This document shows, one piece after another, positions 51,126 to 64,000 of a stretch of DNA of 64,000 nt. Under the pieces are notes generated by a model, which was not told the origin of the DNA, made no database searches, and saw nothing but the letters and a program-made list of their open reading frames with translations. The DNA comes from Isurus oxyrinchus (lineage: Eukaryota). The stretch covers positions 27,528,001 through 27,592,000 of the forward strand of contig JANJGN010000017.1 in NCBI GenBank assembly GCA_026770705.1, given 5' to 3'. The translations under genes were made by a program, and so were the position numbers. Position 1 is the first letter of the stretch. Every line of letters starts with the position of its first letter.

Positions 51126-53347
51126 AAGGCCGAAACAAGTGGTTTGAGATCATGAGAAGCCACAACCAGCACGTTCCAAACAGCGTCAACACAAGATCTA
51201 CAAAATGCCCAGCCAGATGATGAGAATGATCAGCACATTGACATTGTCGTCAGGATGCTCGCCCAACATCGTCGCACGTCATTTTACCCTCGGTCGGGTC
51301 AGACGCGCACCCTCTCAATAAGCTAAAAGCTCTCCCCTGTTTTATTTTTGTTTTTTTTACTGCCAAGCAAATAGTTTTATTCTTTAAATGTAAATGTTTA
51401 GTTTAGCAAAAAAGGCGATGTTGGCATATGAAGTACATTTATCTTTAAGGGAGTGTATCTTTATCTGCTGTCAGTCGCAACCACCTCCACAAGATGTAAT
51501 GTACTAATCCCGTGACTTGTACTTGGTCTACATGCAGCAGCTGTAGATATCAGATGTACTATATTTAGTTCCCCAGTTAATTCTAACTGTATGTAGTCTT
51601 TTCTTCCAATAAAGAACCCATCTTATTCTTCAATCAATTATTCTCACATGATTGGTATGCTTATGTTGAAGAGGAGGATGTAACAGCTAAGAGGCTGCTC
51701 ACTAACAAGGGGTAGGTGACATGACCATTTTCTTTAATTTTGAAAGTGCACTCTAGGGTTTACTGCAAAGCTTCTCCAGAATGGTCCAGGCAGTGGAAGC
51801 ATTGCCTGAGTATCCCACTTGTTCGCTTGATGAAATTTTTTTTTGGCACTTTCATGCTCGTTGTAGGCATTGCACAGGTTCCTAACTGGAATCATGAGTC
51901 ATGCATGGAAGGGAAGGTCCTTGCTGCCCAATAGCCAGCTTAGAGATCTGGTTCTAATAAAGGTGGTACAGAGGACTGACATGGATTGAAAGAGTTATGA
52001 CTGCTGCCAGGATAATGGGCATAGACTCTCAGGATGTGCTGCCTGTCATCCTAAACCAGTTGTACATTGAGTGAATGGAATCCCTTGTGATTGATAAATA
52101 TTCCAGCATGCTGATGCGGAGCACACAAGACAGTGAGCATGCAGTCAATGGCACCTTGCACCACAAGGAATCTGCCAGGCAGTTGAAACCTCATGCTATC
52201 TCATCCTGCTTCTCTCCATCAATAGAATAAGTGTTCCTCCTAGAGTAGAGACCCTTGGCGGTTTCCCTAATACACCATTGTAATCTGACCTGTGAGATAC
52301 AGTCAATGTCACTTGTTGCAGCCTGCAAGGAACCAGTGACAGGTATGACACTGACCTCGATGACTACAGGTAATGCTGTCCATTGTCCAGTTTGAGGCGC
52401 CAAAAATAGAAAACAATTTTGTTGTTAAAGCGAAGATCCTCCTCAACTTCAATCAGTTTCATTCCCCCCACTAACCACCCCCCCCCCCCCCCGCCACCAT
52501 CCGACCACCCTCCGCTCCATTCTAAGCCTCCTTTCCTATTTTCTTCCCTTGAAGATAATTTGCTTTCAAAACTCAAAATGAACTCTTAAGTTAGAATGAG
52601 AAAAAAAACTGCCTGCCTTTCAATTTGTGTTTTCTAGTTGTTTGAAATTAGTATCTTTGTCTCACAAGCATAATCCATTAACATTAATCATTACTGTCAA
52701 TAAAACATAAGTGGGGTAATTAGCTGGCTTTTAACTGTATTTTTTTTGACAATTGAAGTAACATTACACAAAGAAAAATCCTATCTCATGCATTTGCTTC
52801 TGGTCCACCCCAATCATTCCTGTCCTCTCTCTTTGACACCACCCTCTCTTTCATTTCTCAATGTTTGTAAAACACAAAGTAAAGGTTACAATAGGTATGC
52901 AATCACTGTCACTTTTTCTCTCTTGTTCCCTCTCTCACCCAGAAACACAAGACTTCTCTGTTTTCTTTTTAAATCATACTTGGCTTTGAAATTTGGCCTT
53001 TAGCCTTACTTGAAATAATTTTGAAAACCTTTTGAAGCCAAAGAGAAAAAGGTTCTTTAGTTTAGCTAATTGAACTAAAGCGATGCATTCTATAAAATTA
53101 GGCGAACTGCAGATACTTAAACTGCACAATAAAAATTCAGTTCACAGCTCTGAGCAAAAATATTGACCTTGTAGGTCTGTAGGGGTTTTTCCAATCTCCT
53201 GTCATTTTGCTGGAAGATGGATGGAAACCCGGTAGCAATGGCAATGTGGGCTGAAGTTGGCGTTTCTTCAGTCTCTTGCATTTTTTCCAGGAACTCTGTC
53301 TATTTGCCACTGACAACTCAGTGGAAATTCAGGCCCATCAACTCCAC

Positions 53348-53936
53348 GGGCAGAATTTCACCCTTGTGTGGGCTCGGCGGGGGTGGTCAGGAAGCCGGCC
53401 GCTGCCTGCGATCAGGGCCAGTAGGAGATTTCACGCTGGCAGGCCTTCAGCGCTGCCTGTGCTGGAGGGAGGGGTTGGGGGTGGGGGTGGGGGGAGTGCG
53501 AGCGGGGCAAGTGCGACCTTCGTGCATGTGCACGCCTCATAAGCTCCATGCCTCAGGGAGTTGAAGAACTTTTTAAAAAAATAAAGAAATTAAAAATGTT
53601 CGAAAATGATATAAATCATGCAGGGACATGTTATTAATTAAATTTAAATTTTTGAATTTTATTTTTATTTGCTTTAGGAAACCTCATCAAGCCCGTGGAT
53701 GAGGTTTCCTAAGAAGTGCAAAGGCAGCCAAAAGTTCTGTTTAACTGATCCTTTAATGGCCTGAACAGGCCTTTTAATTGTCGGCGGGTGCGCTGCCAAC
53801 TCCAGCACGCACCTGCTGAATGAAATATCGTGTGGCTGCACGTTGATGTCGGGACGCTCGCCCAATTTCAACGCGCGTCATTTTACACTCGAGCAGGTTG
53901 GGCGCCCGCCCACCCGCTGAGCTAAAAATTCTGCCC
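53348..53936. mobile_element. PIF/Harbinger MITE
   Basis: TIRs gggcagaattt / aaattctgccc; flanks cac/cat. Confidence 0.85.
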
Positions 53937-55727
53937 CATGTCCGGGCTTTTGGAGCAGCAGAGGCCTTCAAATAAAAATTAAAGGCATTAAAGAACACAA
54001 CATATAATTCAATGCACAAATTTAATCATGTAATTGTGAAATATGTCATTTTTGACTTTCGCTAAATCCTTACTTTGTACACTAGAAATTTCAGTTACTA
54101 GGGGAAAAAATTGTTGGATAAAATCAATTTTTAGAAAGTATTCTGAGAAAATTTTGGAAGCCAGTTGCCAAAATTTGCAACCTAGGGCTAGATTATGCAA
54201 AGGAATGTAGACTTTATATCTGCATTTCCATTTAATTATGGATATAGGAATTTATAATTACAAAAGAACACAAAAATATGACAACTATAATTGAAATACA
54301 AAATGTTTGTACAATATATATATGTTCCTATCTATGTATAGATTTGCTGATTGTTTCTGTTAATCTTTTTGCTCTATATGTTGGATTCATTTTCTCAGTA
54401 TTTAATTTCCTTCCTTACCTCTATCATGTCCCTTTTTATTGTGTTGAATTTTCTTGCCAGTCTTTCACTGCCTTCTGTTTTCTTCAATGTTAACACCGTT
54501 ACTATTTTTAGCTTGTTTTTTCTTCTCATGAGGCTTGTTATCAGAAATTTGTTTGAAAGTACAAATGATGTATTACTAATTTCCCATTACTACAAAAAAT
54601 GCTCTTCATATGCACAGGCAAAAATGACCTTTTCACATTAGTTTAAGATAATTGTCAATGCACCATTGCTTACATATTTGCTTCTAGTGTAAAGGTGTCT
54701 ACTGTAGCAGATGGAGTTCTTTCATTAGTGTATTATCCCTAACATATCCATCTGCTATCATACAAACTTTTTAATTAGTGTGAATTATGTTATAAATAAT
54801 GATATTCTGGAAGTTTATGTTTGGAGGACATGGCTGTCTCTGACATGATGTCTACACAATTTTAGGAAGTAAAAACAGAAGAGATGGACATGCTGGTTTT
54901 GCAAATTACCTTGAAACTGAATATCTTGAACATTAACAGAGCACAAATCAACCGCAATTTATTCCAGGCTTCTCCCTCAAGTTAAAATGAAACTGGTGCC
55001 TGATTAAAGCTTGTGATTAAGGTGAATCAAATGACAAGCTTGTGGCACATTAATGGACTCAAAGTTCCAATTGGGCACCGGGTTGGACCGGAATCCAGTG
55101 AGGACTGGAACTTGTAGTGGCATTCTGCCCCATGAAAATTGGGTGCTATTTAAATATGAAAGCCACATGCATAGCGATTTCAAATGTTAACTTAAGGACT
55201 GATGTGGGCAAAGAGTACACATATTGGCCGAAGGTTGCTGCTATTTGCCTGAGATTGGTTTGCCAGCATAAAAGATTGATCAGATCTAAGCAAAAATTTT
55301 GTTGAGTGTAGATTGAATTTCCTTGATCTTTAACGCTGGTTCAAAAACATTGCTGTGGGATCTGGCCCTGCCTACAAAACTGGCCTCACCCCAAGATCGA
55401 AACAATGACCATATCGAGTTCCGTTGTTTGTGTCCACTCGCAACTGTCAAGGAGGCTGTTCAAATTAAGCTTGTTTTTTTAGGCGCCAAGACATGTTTTA
55501 AACGCTTTGTGTACAATGATAAATCTAGTAAATGATTCAATGATTTTTAAAGTCATGTTATTTAGGAGTAGTGGACTAGATCTTCTTACTAAAAATGCCT
55601 ACTTTTTGGGTTCAACCCATTATCAGCAGTATGAATAAAACTGTGCCAGGTTACTACTGTTAAATAAATCAAGGAATACCTTTTAATGCGAGCGAAAATG
55701 GAAGCGATTATGTGGCGTGATTACACT

Positions 55728-56140
55728 AGTTTTATTTTCTCTTCATTCTGTCATGGGATGTGGGCTTCACTGGCAAGGTCAGCATTTGTAGCCCATCCCT
55801 AATTACCTTTGAACTACTGACTGGCTTGCTAGGCCATTTCAGAGGGCATCTAAGATTCAACCATATTGCTGTTGTTTGGGTCTGGAGTCACATGTAGGCC
55901 AAACCGGATAAGGATGGCAGATTTCCTTCCCTAAAGGACATTAGTGAGCCAGAGGAGTTTTTACAATAATCAATGATAGTTTCATCATCACCATCACTGG
56001 CTTTCAATTCCATATTTTATTAAATGAATTTAAATTCCACCAGCTGCCCTGGTGAGATTTGAACCCTTGTCCCCAGAACATTAACCTGGGTCTCTAGGTT
56101 ACTAGTCCAGTGATATTGTCACTATGCCATCTTCTCCCAA
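55728..56140 (-). mobile_element. tRNA-derived SINE (same family as 1359-1741)
   Basis: Reverse-complement homology including head and LINE-type tail. Confidence 0.82.
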
Positions 56141-56438
56141 CTAATTCATTGTTGGTGGAATATTTTATGTTTGAGATTATACAAATAAGTTTGAGAGAAA
56201 ACTTGAGCCATAACGTTGCTTCTGAAAACTGACAGAACTTGAAGTGCAACTTGCATCCAGCCCAAGTTACTGATTGTGCTAGAAGCAGAAACTCTACCGC
56301 AGTGAGTTTTACATTTGAATCTGGGGATCTTTCTACTTGCTTAAAATTAGTTCTAATGTTTTGATTGTCCATAGATACTTACATTATTTTCTTTATTTCA
56401 TCTTCAACTGTATTTATCCAACATGCTGCAAGAATTAT

Positions 56439-57099
56439 GGCCTGAATTTTTCCCATGTCGAGCAGGCTCAGAGGGAACGGGCGGGGGTGGTTGTGGAGCC
56501 AACTGTCGCTGGCGATTGGCTCTGCACCGCCATTTTACATGGGTGGGCCAATTAAGGCCCGCCCAGCATGATGCGCGCCTGGTAGTACTCAGCGCTACCT
56601 GTGCAGGCGTGCTGTGGGTGGGTGGGGGGGGGGGGTATGGTGGGGAAGGAGGGTCGGGGCTAGTGCCCTTTTGTGCATGTGTGCGAATGAGCGCTTCAAT
56701 CTCCATGAGGCACGGAGCTGCCTCAGGGAGATTGAGGCAGTTTTTAAAAAAATGTTTAAAGATATTAAAAATTTAATGAAACATGAGATGGGACATGTTT
56801 TTATTTTTCATAGAAACTTTTTGTTTAAGTAGTAAATGCTTTAGGAAACCTCATCCTGCTCGTGGATGAGGTTTGCTAAAAAGCTCAAAGGCCGCTTGGC
56901 CTTTTCCCCTTCCCCGTCAACTGTAAGGTTGGACGAGCAGCGTAAATTTGACATTCATTACATCGCTAATGGCCTTAATAGGCCTATCAGTTATCGGCGG
57001 GCGCACAGCTGACTGCGGCTGCTGAGCGAAACATCGTGCATTATTTTACCCGCCGGTGTGTCAGGTCCGCCCCTGCACCCCGACTGAAAAATCCTGGCC
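56439..57099. mobile_element. PIF/Harbinger MITE
   Basis: TIRs ggcctgaatttt / aaaatcctggcc; perfect TSD TAT. Confidence 0.87.
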
Positions 57100-57421
57100 T
57101 ATGATGCCTCTTGGTCAATAACATGAGTCACTGTGTGAGCCCTTCCCCAAGTCCTTCACCCAATTTGCTTCCACCTATCGTTTTGATTAACAATGAGTTA
57201 AAAGCTTCTCAGTCGGCAGGATGAATGTAACCCTGAGCAATATAATTGCTGCTGGTAGGATTCAGATGAATGGCAACTGGGAATTTCTAAGTGACAACCG
57301 GGAGCTAGCTATTGCTTCTATTCCATGATGAAGAATTGCTGCACAAATATTCCCATTGGGGTGTATATCGATGCTAATTTCTCCCACTACTTTTAGAAAC
57401 AACCTCATTAAGATCCAACAT

Positions 57422-58527
57422 GTGAAACAAAAACAAAAATACCTGGAAAAACTCAGCAGGTCTGGCAGCATCTTCCCTTCACCACGCCCCCCACTCCCCC
57501 CCACCCCTCCAGGCGGCATTCCACAGGGATTGTTCCCTCCAGGACAGCCTGGTCCACTCCTCCATCACCCCCTACATCTCAACCCCCTCCCACGGCATCT
57601 TCCCATGCAACCGCAGAAGGTGTAACACCTGCCCCTTTACTTACCCTCTCCTCACCGTCCAAGGGCCCAAACACTCCTTTCAAGTGAAGCAGCATTTCAC
57701 TTGCACTTCCCTCCATTTAGTCTACTGCATTTGTTGCTCCCAATGCGGTTTCCTCTACATTGGAGAGACCAAACGCAGACTGGGTGACTGCTTTGCAGAA
57801 CACCTTCGGTCTGTCCGCAAGCATGACCCAGACCTCCCTGTCACTTGCCATTTCAACACTCCAGCCTGCTCTCATGCCCACACGTCCATCCTTGGCCTGC
57901 TGCATTGTTCCAGTGAAGCTCTACGCAAACTGGAGGAACAGCACCTCATCTTCCGACTAGGCACTTTACAGCCTTCTGGACTGAATATTGAGTTCAACAA
58001 TTTTAGATCATGAACTCTCTCCTCCATCTCCACCCCCTTTCCGATTCCCCCCCTCTTTTTTTCCAATAATTTATATAGATTTTTCTTTTTCCACCTACTT
58101 CCATTATTTTTAAATGTATTTCCATCCATTGTTTTATCTCTATCTTTTAGCCTTTTTTGATTCCTTCATCCCATCCCATCCCCACTAGGGCTATCTGTAC
58201 CTTGCTTGTCCTGCTTTCTACCCTTAATTAGCACATTCCTCAGATAATATCACCATCTTCAACACCTCTTTGTCCTTTTGTCTGTGACATCTTTTGATTA
58301 TCTCCACCTATCACTGGCCCTCTATCCAGCTCTACCTGTCCCCCCCCACTTAAACCAGCTTATATTTCACCTCTCTTCTATTTTTACCTAGTTCTGTTGA
58401 AGGATCATTCATACTCAAAATGTTAACTGTGCTCCTCTCCGTAGATGCTGCCAGACCTGCTAAGTTTTTCCAGGTATTTTTGTTTCTGTTTTGGATTTCC
58501 AGCATCCGCAGTTTTTTGCTTTTATCC
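57422..58527 (+). mobile_element. Penelope-like element, 5'-truncated, with short inverted 5' pLTR piece
   Basis: 57422-57472 is the reverse complement of ~58444-58495. GIY-YIG coding remnant; pLTR with a decayed hammerhead at 58390-58428. Confidence 0.92.
57600..58013 (+). pseudogene. Penelope GIY-YIG endonuclease domain remnant
   Basis: FTCTSLHLVYCICCSQCGFLYIGETKRRLGDCFAEHLRSV...LEEQHLIFRLGTLQPSGLN. Confidence 0.9.
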
Positions 58528-60054
58528 AACATGCTAATATTGGTAACAGGTAGAGGCTGCTCCCACCAAATATTGTTTGGAACGTTAATTCATTTTTTTC
58601 ATGTTAAAGGAAAGTTGCTTGGCATCCAAATTTATTTCTGCTTGACCAGGATAGATGTGTCATGCCAACAGGACAGTACAGTTGTGCCTGTCCCAACCGT
58701 TCGTTGGAATGTCAGGATAGCACCGTGCTGATCTGATGACAGAGAGGAAGCTGGGTGAAGCTGGAGAGAATCCTCTTCATCACACCTCTTGTTCCTAGTG
58801 GAGAAAACAAGATTTTTGTTTACCTTTTCCTTCTTGAATCATGGAGCATAAGTTCCGTGCAAGATTATGGAGGGCATAAAGGACAGAATCCCTGGGGAAA
58901 CATGGAGGCGTTCCCAATCACCCCCATTTGAGGTGGAGAGATGGAACCTGCTTTCTCTACCAGAATTTGAAGGGTCAGTGGAATGGCCAGAAAGCTGGTA
59001 TAACTGGGTTCTGCCCCATATGGTGGTTTCATACCCACCCCATCCATCCTCCTACCCCCAGTCTGAAATTAGATCTTCTTTTCCAACCCCAGGAATTTCC
59101 AGACCCTACTCTTTTTGAAGAGAGCATGATTTTCGCTATCATGTGCAATAATGTCTTGGAATATTCCTCTCACTCTTTATCAGTAACCACTGAAATGCCC
59201 CCCACCCATCCCCGACTCCCAGCATCAGGTGCAAACTTCCAAGGTTCAAAACCTGGTCCCCCCACTAAGCCCGAACGTAGCCTAAGAAATTGACAGTAGT
59301 AGCTTCAGGAGAGGAGGAAATAAAATTGAGGTAAAAATAAAGACAAAAAAGCTCAATACTTGTTGGTGTTGATATTCTAAATGCTAATTTAGAACTATGT
59401 TGCTGCAGTAGTCAGTTTGTTTTGCGTTCTTTATCTCTTTTTTTAGCCACCTAGCTGTCCTTGTTTCCAGGTGACTAACTTTTGAAAATGTTCCCTGTAA
59501 ATCTATTTGTTTTATTTCGACCCAGTTCCCTTTTCAATAGTGTGGGCCCAGCAATTCTGACCTTAAAGGTGAGTGATTTTCATTCCTTTTAATCACTTTC
59601 TTGCTGTTCACAGTATCAGTCACAGACAGCAAACCTCGAAATAGAGCCCTCTATATTATGGCAGTGTAATAGTGTTACCAAGATGTCCACATGCCTTCTG
59701 TCAAATGGGCTAAGGCGTTAATTTAACACTGATGCATTTTTAGTACCAACCAATGTGTGGACTGTAATTTTTTTTCTCATCTATTTTAGGCAGAAATCAC
59801 TTTGATTTCACACACTGTGGTCCTGCAAGATGGAACAATTTATTTTGTCTTCTAACTTGACGACAGAATAGGTTCAGTAGAATTTTTCAATTAATGAATG
59901 TTTTCTCTCGTTTTGTCAGTTCAGTTGAGGACAGTGCTGTGCATTATATGGAATCAGGGTGTGATGTTACTGTGGGCACAGTGGCATTGCAAGGCCGCAT
60001 TGGCCAAGCAAGCACACACTGACAGTGAAAGCCCGTGGTGCAAGTGCACTGTCG

Positions 60055-60815
60055 GGGCTGAATTTAATGGCCGGGGCCTCACCCACTGGCTGGAAAGCTG
60101 GTGAAAACCCCGCTGCATGATTTCCGGGAGCCCTGACAGAATTAAATTCCAATCAGCTATTTACCTGCCTGCTACTGGGGTTCCTAGGCCTTCGGAGGCA
60201 AAGATCCCACCTCCAAGCGCTGCTGGCCCATTAGAGGTGAGTCCCAGCAGTGCCATGGGTAATGGTGACCGTTGCTGAATTTGCAGTAGGTCTGGGACTA
60301 GGAGCAGTGCTGCTGGCCTGAAGGAGAGGTAAGTGAGGCGGACTCGCTGGGGCCTGTCAAGCAGCCCCTGATGAGGGAGGGGGTGCGGTGAGGGGTGTTG
60401 GTGGTTGATTATGGAGGGCAGAGCTGTGGCTTTCAGGAGAGGCTTGCTGTTGCCACTGGCAGGGCTCTCAGTGGAGCAAAGGCTGCCTGATCAGTAGGGT
60501 CCTCGCAAGCTTGCAGGCAGGTTTAGGGTGCACCTGGTGGTATGCCCATGTGGCGTAAAGACCTCATGGTAATGACCTCATGCACCAGCCCCACTCCCGC
60601 TAGGGCTGGCATATGAGGTCTTTACATGGGGTATAATTGGCCATTTAAGGGCCATAATTGACTGAGAACAGGAAGGCTGACCTCAACGTTCCCTGCCCCT
60701 GACTTAAAAAGTGGGTGTCAGGAGGTGAAGGGCATGCCACCCTGCACCTTTCAGCCTAATTTCAGTGCCCCCCCCCCCGTCTCCCAGCTCATTCCTGAGG
60801 GCATTAAATTCTACT
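60055..60815. mobile_element. PIF/Harbinger MITE
   Basis: gggctgaatttaatg ... cattaaattct termini. Confidence 0.65.
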
Positions 60816-62283
60816 AAACAGGTTTTCTGCTAATCCCCAATTTACTTATTTTCGTGAGCTGCCAGCATGGTTTGCATCACCACTGGAGTGTGGACATGCA
60901 TGGTGGGATTTCCAAAGCAGGAGCATAAATCTGACCCTTAAAGTGGCATCTGCACTGCTGTTGCTGCAAAGTCCAGAAGGTTTTAATTCTACCCCCTACT
61001 TTTAGCAAATTCTACTTCCTTAACTGATTTTTTGTGCTTTTCCACTTCTAACTGGCTGAATATTCGCTTCTAGTTTTGCTGATTTTAAAGCTTGGATTTT
61101 CCTCTTCCCCCCCAGATGAGGGCTGGGTTGGATTTCCAGTTGCTGCCCTGACCCCAAATCAAATCTTGTAAATGGCCTTCCAGGCAGAATTTTATGACCA
61201 AAAGTATTGTGGTTTATCAAGATGGTTAGTCGTGGTGATTGGAGAGATAGAGTGCTCGAGAGATGAGCTTTGATAGGCCAAATGTTGCTTCTCGTCCCTG
61301 ACGTTCCTTACGAACTTAGGCCACAGAAGAGCATTTGCTTGTGTTCCAATATTAGTTGGAGCACATCAGATGCTACTCTTCAAATTATGGATTCCTGCAA
61401 TATAGGCCATCAAGTGCCTCGTGACCTTTTTGCTCGCTGTGTTCTGCATACTATCACAACGCTGAAAGGCTTGCCAAAACTGAGAGTGTTGAAGAGGGAG
61501 GGTGCAAAGGAAAAACTGGATGACAGAAAAAGCAGCAGCCAGAGGAAGGAAGATGCAGCTGACAGATCAATGCTTTCACTCATCACAAAGAGGCATTTCA
61601 TTCTTGCCTCTTCTCTCCTCATGTTCTCACATCTCTTACTGTAACGTACTCCTGCCAACATCTTTCTTATGATAGAAGTCTACATTTCCTCTGCCTCATC
61701 TCAATTTCCAAAATCTGAAAGCATACAGGGAAAGGAAATCAGAATTCTGTGTGTGCAAGCCATGTTAATTTACACACCATTTTCTTCAAAATGTTCCAGT
61801 AATTTCAACCACCCTGTCTACAATCTCTTCTTAAAATCCTGTGTACCCTTTGTGTCAGCTAATTTATTTGCTTATGCTCCTAATCTTCTTTTATGAGGTT
61901 CCTCCCGAGTGAGATGAGGTTAAGAGGTGGATGGCAGAGATGGTTCCGCCGGAGTTTTTTTTTAACTCTTGTCTTGGGGAAGCAGCTTTCAACAGCTTTC
62001 CTCTAACAGTGGCAAGAGGTACCAGGTCCATGTCTGAAACTCCCAGGTATGTGGGCATTGGAGGGGGCTCTAAGGCAGCAGGCTTAGTACCATTCTCCAA
62101 GGAGACAGTAATATCTGTGTCCACTACTTACAGCACTCTGGTGTTGCACAGTCTCAGAAGAGCTACTGCTCAGTGTTTGATTATCCATGTGAAAGTTTTC
62201 TGTTCAAAGCAACAACTGCAGCAGCGTGAGCTGCCACTCCAGAAGCTATCAGTGCCCTTCAAAGCTGTTCCTGTTTCCTTGAT

Positions 62284-63071
62284 GGGCAGGAATTTTGGGT
62301 TGTTGGGTGGGCGCAGTGGGCGGGCCTGGGAATGGCTGTGAAATGGTCCGCTGCCTGCGATTGGCCCCTGACTGCGATTTCATGCTGGCCATAGCCAGCC
62401 AGTGTGAAACACATGCTGAAAGGCTCAGCACTGCCAGGATGGGGGCAGGAGGAGGGCGAGGGGCAGGAGGAGGGCGAGGGGCAGGAGGAGGGCGAGGGGC
62501 AGGAGGAGGGCGAGGGGCAGGAGGAGGGCGAGGGGCAGGAGGAGGGCGAGAGGCAGGAGGAGGGTGAGTGCTGAAGTCTGTGCAGGCACAGGGGAGTGCG
62601 CAATGAAAGCTCCCTGAAGGCGGAGAGCTGCCTCAGGGAGCTCAAGAATTTTAAAATCAAAAATAAAGATTTGAAAGTGCTGAAAAAATGTCCCCACATT
62701 GGACTCACTCACATGCACATATACATAATAAAAATTAGGTCAAAACATTATTTTTTAAATTAATGTCAGCAACCTCAGCCCGCCGGTGGTTGAGGTTTCC
62801 TCAAAAATGCAGAGGCCACTTGGCTGATTTGCCTGTCCACCAACCGTAACATTGGACGGGTAGCAAAAAATCTCTCTTAATTAATAAATTAATGACCTTA
62901 CTAGGCCCCTCAATTGTCAGCAGGTTCGCAGCTGACTCTCGCGCGTGCCCGCTGACCGAAATATTGCAGGAGTGCATGATGACATCGGGACGCTTGTCTG
63001 ACATCATCGCACGCAATTTTCTGCCCAATTGGCTCGGCACATGCCCACTCACGGGACATAAAATTCTGCCC
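62284..63071. mobile_element. PIF/Harbinger MITE
   Basis: TIRs gggcaggaatttt / aaaattctgccc; colinear with 5347-6023. Confidence 0.85.
62441..62563. repeat. 18-bp tandem repeat (ggggcaggaggagggcga) x~7
   Basis: Directly visible, near-perfect units. Confidence 0.95.
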
Positions 63072-63099
63072 TATGTGTGTAAATCAGTCGACATTCATA

Positions 63100-64000
63100 T
63101 AACAAATAGGGTAGTTAAAGATGAACCAATAGATGTAGGGTATTTGGATTTCCAAAAGCCACACTGTAAGATGCGATATTAAAGGTTATGACACAAGAAA
63201 AGAGTTCATGTTGTTGGGGGTAATATACCAGCATGGATAGAGGGTTTTACTAACTAACAGGAAACAGAGAGTTGAGATAAATGGGTCATTTTCAGGTTGG
63301 TGGCAAACTGTAACTACTGGAGTGGCACATGGATCAGTGCCGGGACCTCAACTATTTATAATCTATATTAATGACTTGGATGAAGTGACTGACTGTAATC
63401 TACTCAAGTTTGCTGATGAAACAAAGATAGGTAGGAAAGCAAGTTGTGAGGAAGATACTGAGTCTGCAGTGGGTTTTAGATAGGTTAAATGAGTGGGCAA
63501 AAATTTGGCTGGTGATAGAATGTGAGAATATGTGAGATTGTCCACTTTGGCAGGAAGAATAGCAAAGCAGAATATTACTTAAAAATGGAGAGAGTGACTG
63601 CAGAATGCTGCAGCACAGAGGAATCTGGGTGTCCTTGTACATGAATCACAGAAAGTTAGCAATAAGTACAGCAAGTAAATAGGAAGGCAAATGGAATGTT
63701 AGCCTTTCCTTCAAGGGTGATGGAATATAAAAGTAGGGGAGTCTTGCTACAGCTGTACAGGGCATTGGTGGGACTGTGTTTGGAGTATTGCCTACAGTTT
63801 TGGTTTCCTTACTGAAGGAGGGATACATTGCATTAGAGGCAGTTCTCAGAAGGTTCAATAGGTTAATTCTTGAGATGAAAGGATTATCTTACAACAAAAA
63901 TTTGAACAGGTTGGACCTGCACTGGAGTTTAGAAGAAAGAGAGGTGATCTTATTGAAGTATGTAAGATTCTGAGGAGCCTTGACAGGTTAGATGCTGAGA
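63100..64000 (+). mobile_element. Degraded CR1 LINE RT region (runs off window)
   Basis: VGYLDFQK, KFADETK, ALEAVLRRFNRLI; multiple stops. Confidence 0.88.

Larger units (their letters stand above)
46163..51685 (+). mobile_element. Old non-autonomous Gypsy-type LTR element (gag only)
   Basis: Two 267-bp diverged LTRs, 46163-46429 and 51419-51685 (TGTT...AACA). TSD gctag/gctaa. PBS tggttgcagcatggttt resembles an initiator tRNA-Met PBS. PPT aaaaaaggcga. Confidence 0.88.

Noticed and set aside
53675-53712. Hammerhead in the MITE hairpin (contains GATGAG and GAAAC)
   Set aside because: It lacks the CUGA box, and the two motifs pair with each other in a simple stem, which is not hammerhead topology.
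61240-62280. Stop-poor stretch with several 75-136 aa ORFs on both strands
   Set aside because: No recognisable protein. Part vaguely resembles a decayed RTE LINE C-terminus, but I cannot support a call without tBLASTx.

Overview
Vertebrate genomic DNA, most likely a shark (cartilaginous fish), judged from the repeat families. The only host gene I can support is DNTT (terminal deoxynucleotidyl transferase, TdT) on the + strand. Four internal coding exons are present (171, 72, 124 and 133 bp, equivalent to exons 4-7 of the mammalian gene), with canonical AG/GT borders and an open spliced frame. I did not find exons 1-3 or the catalytic exon 8 (GHDVD), so intron 3 is >9.9 kb and intron 7 appears to be >39 kb. 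The introns are dense with mobile elements: CR1 LINEs, a second CR1/L2-group LINE with its partner tRNA-SINE, SacSINE1/DeuSINE, two non-autonomous Gypsy LTR elements (one Gmr1-like), many PIF/Harbinger MITEs, a near-complete Harbinger transposon nested in an LTR element, and Penelope-like elements. The most interesting non-gene signals are minimal hammerhead-ribozyme motifs in Penelope-derived sequence (including an inverted double-hammerhead mini-element and a shared non-canonical CUGUUGA core), a 16x10-aa repeat-expanded Harbinger Myb protein, a long unexplained hairpin in intron 3, and a conserved internal stem-loop in the MITEs. Almost all short ORFs in the supplied track are TE relics or chance ORFs. 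Repeat boundaries are approximate unless a TSD or TIR is quoted.
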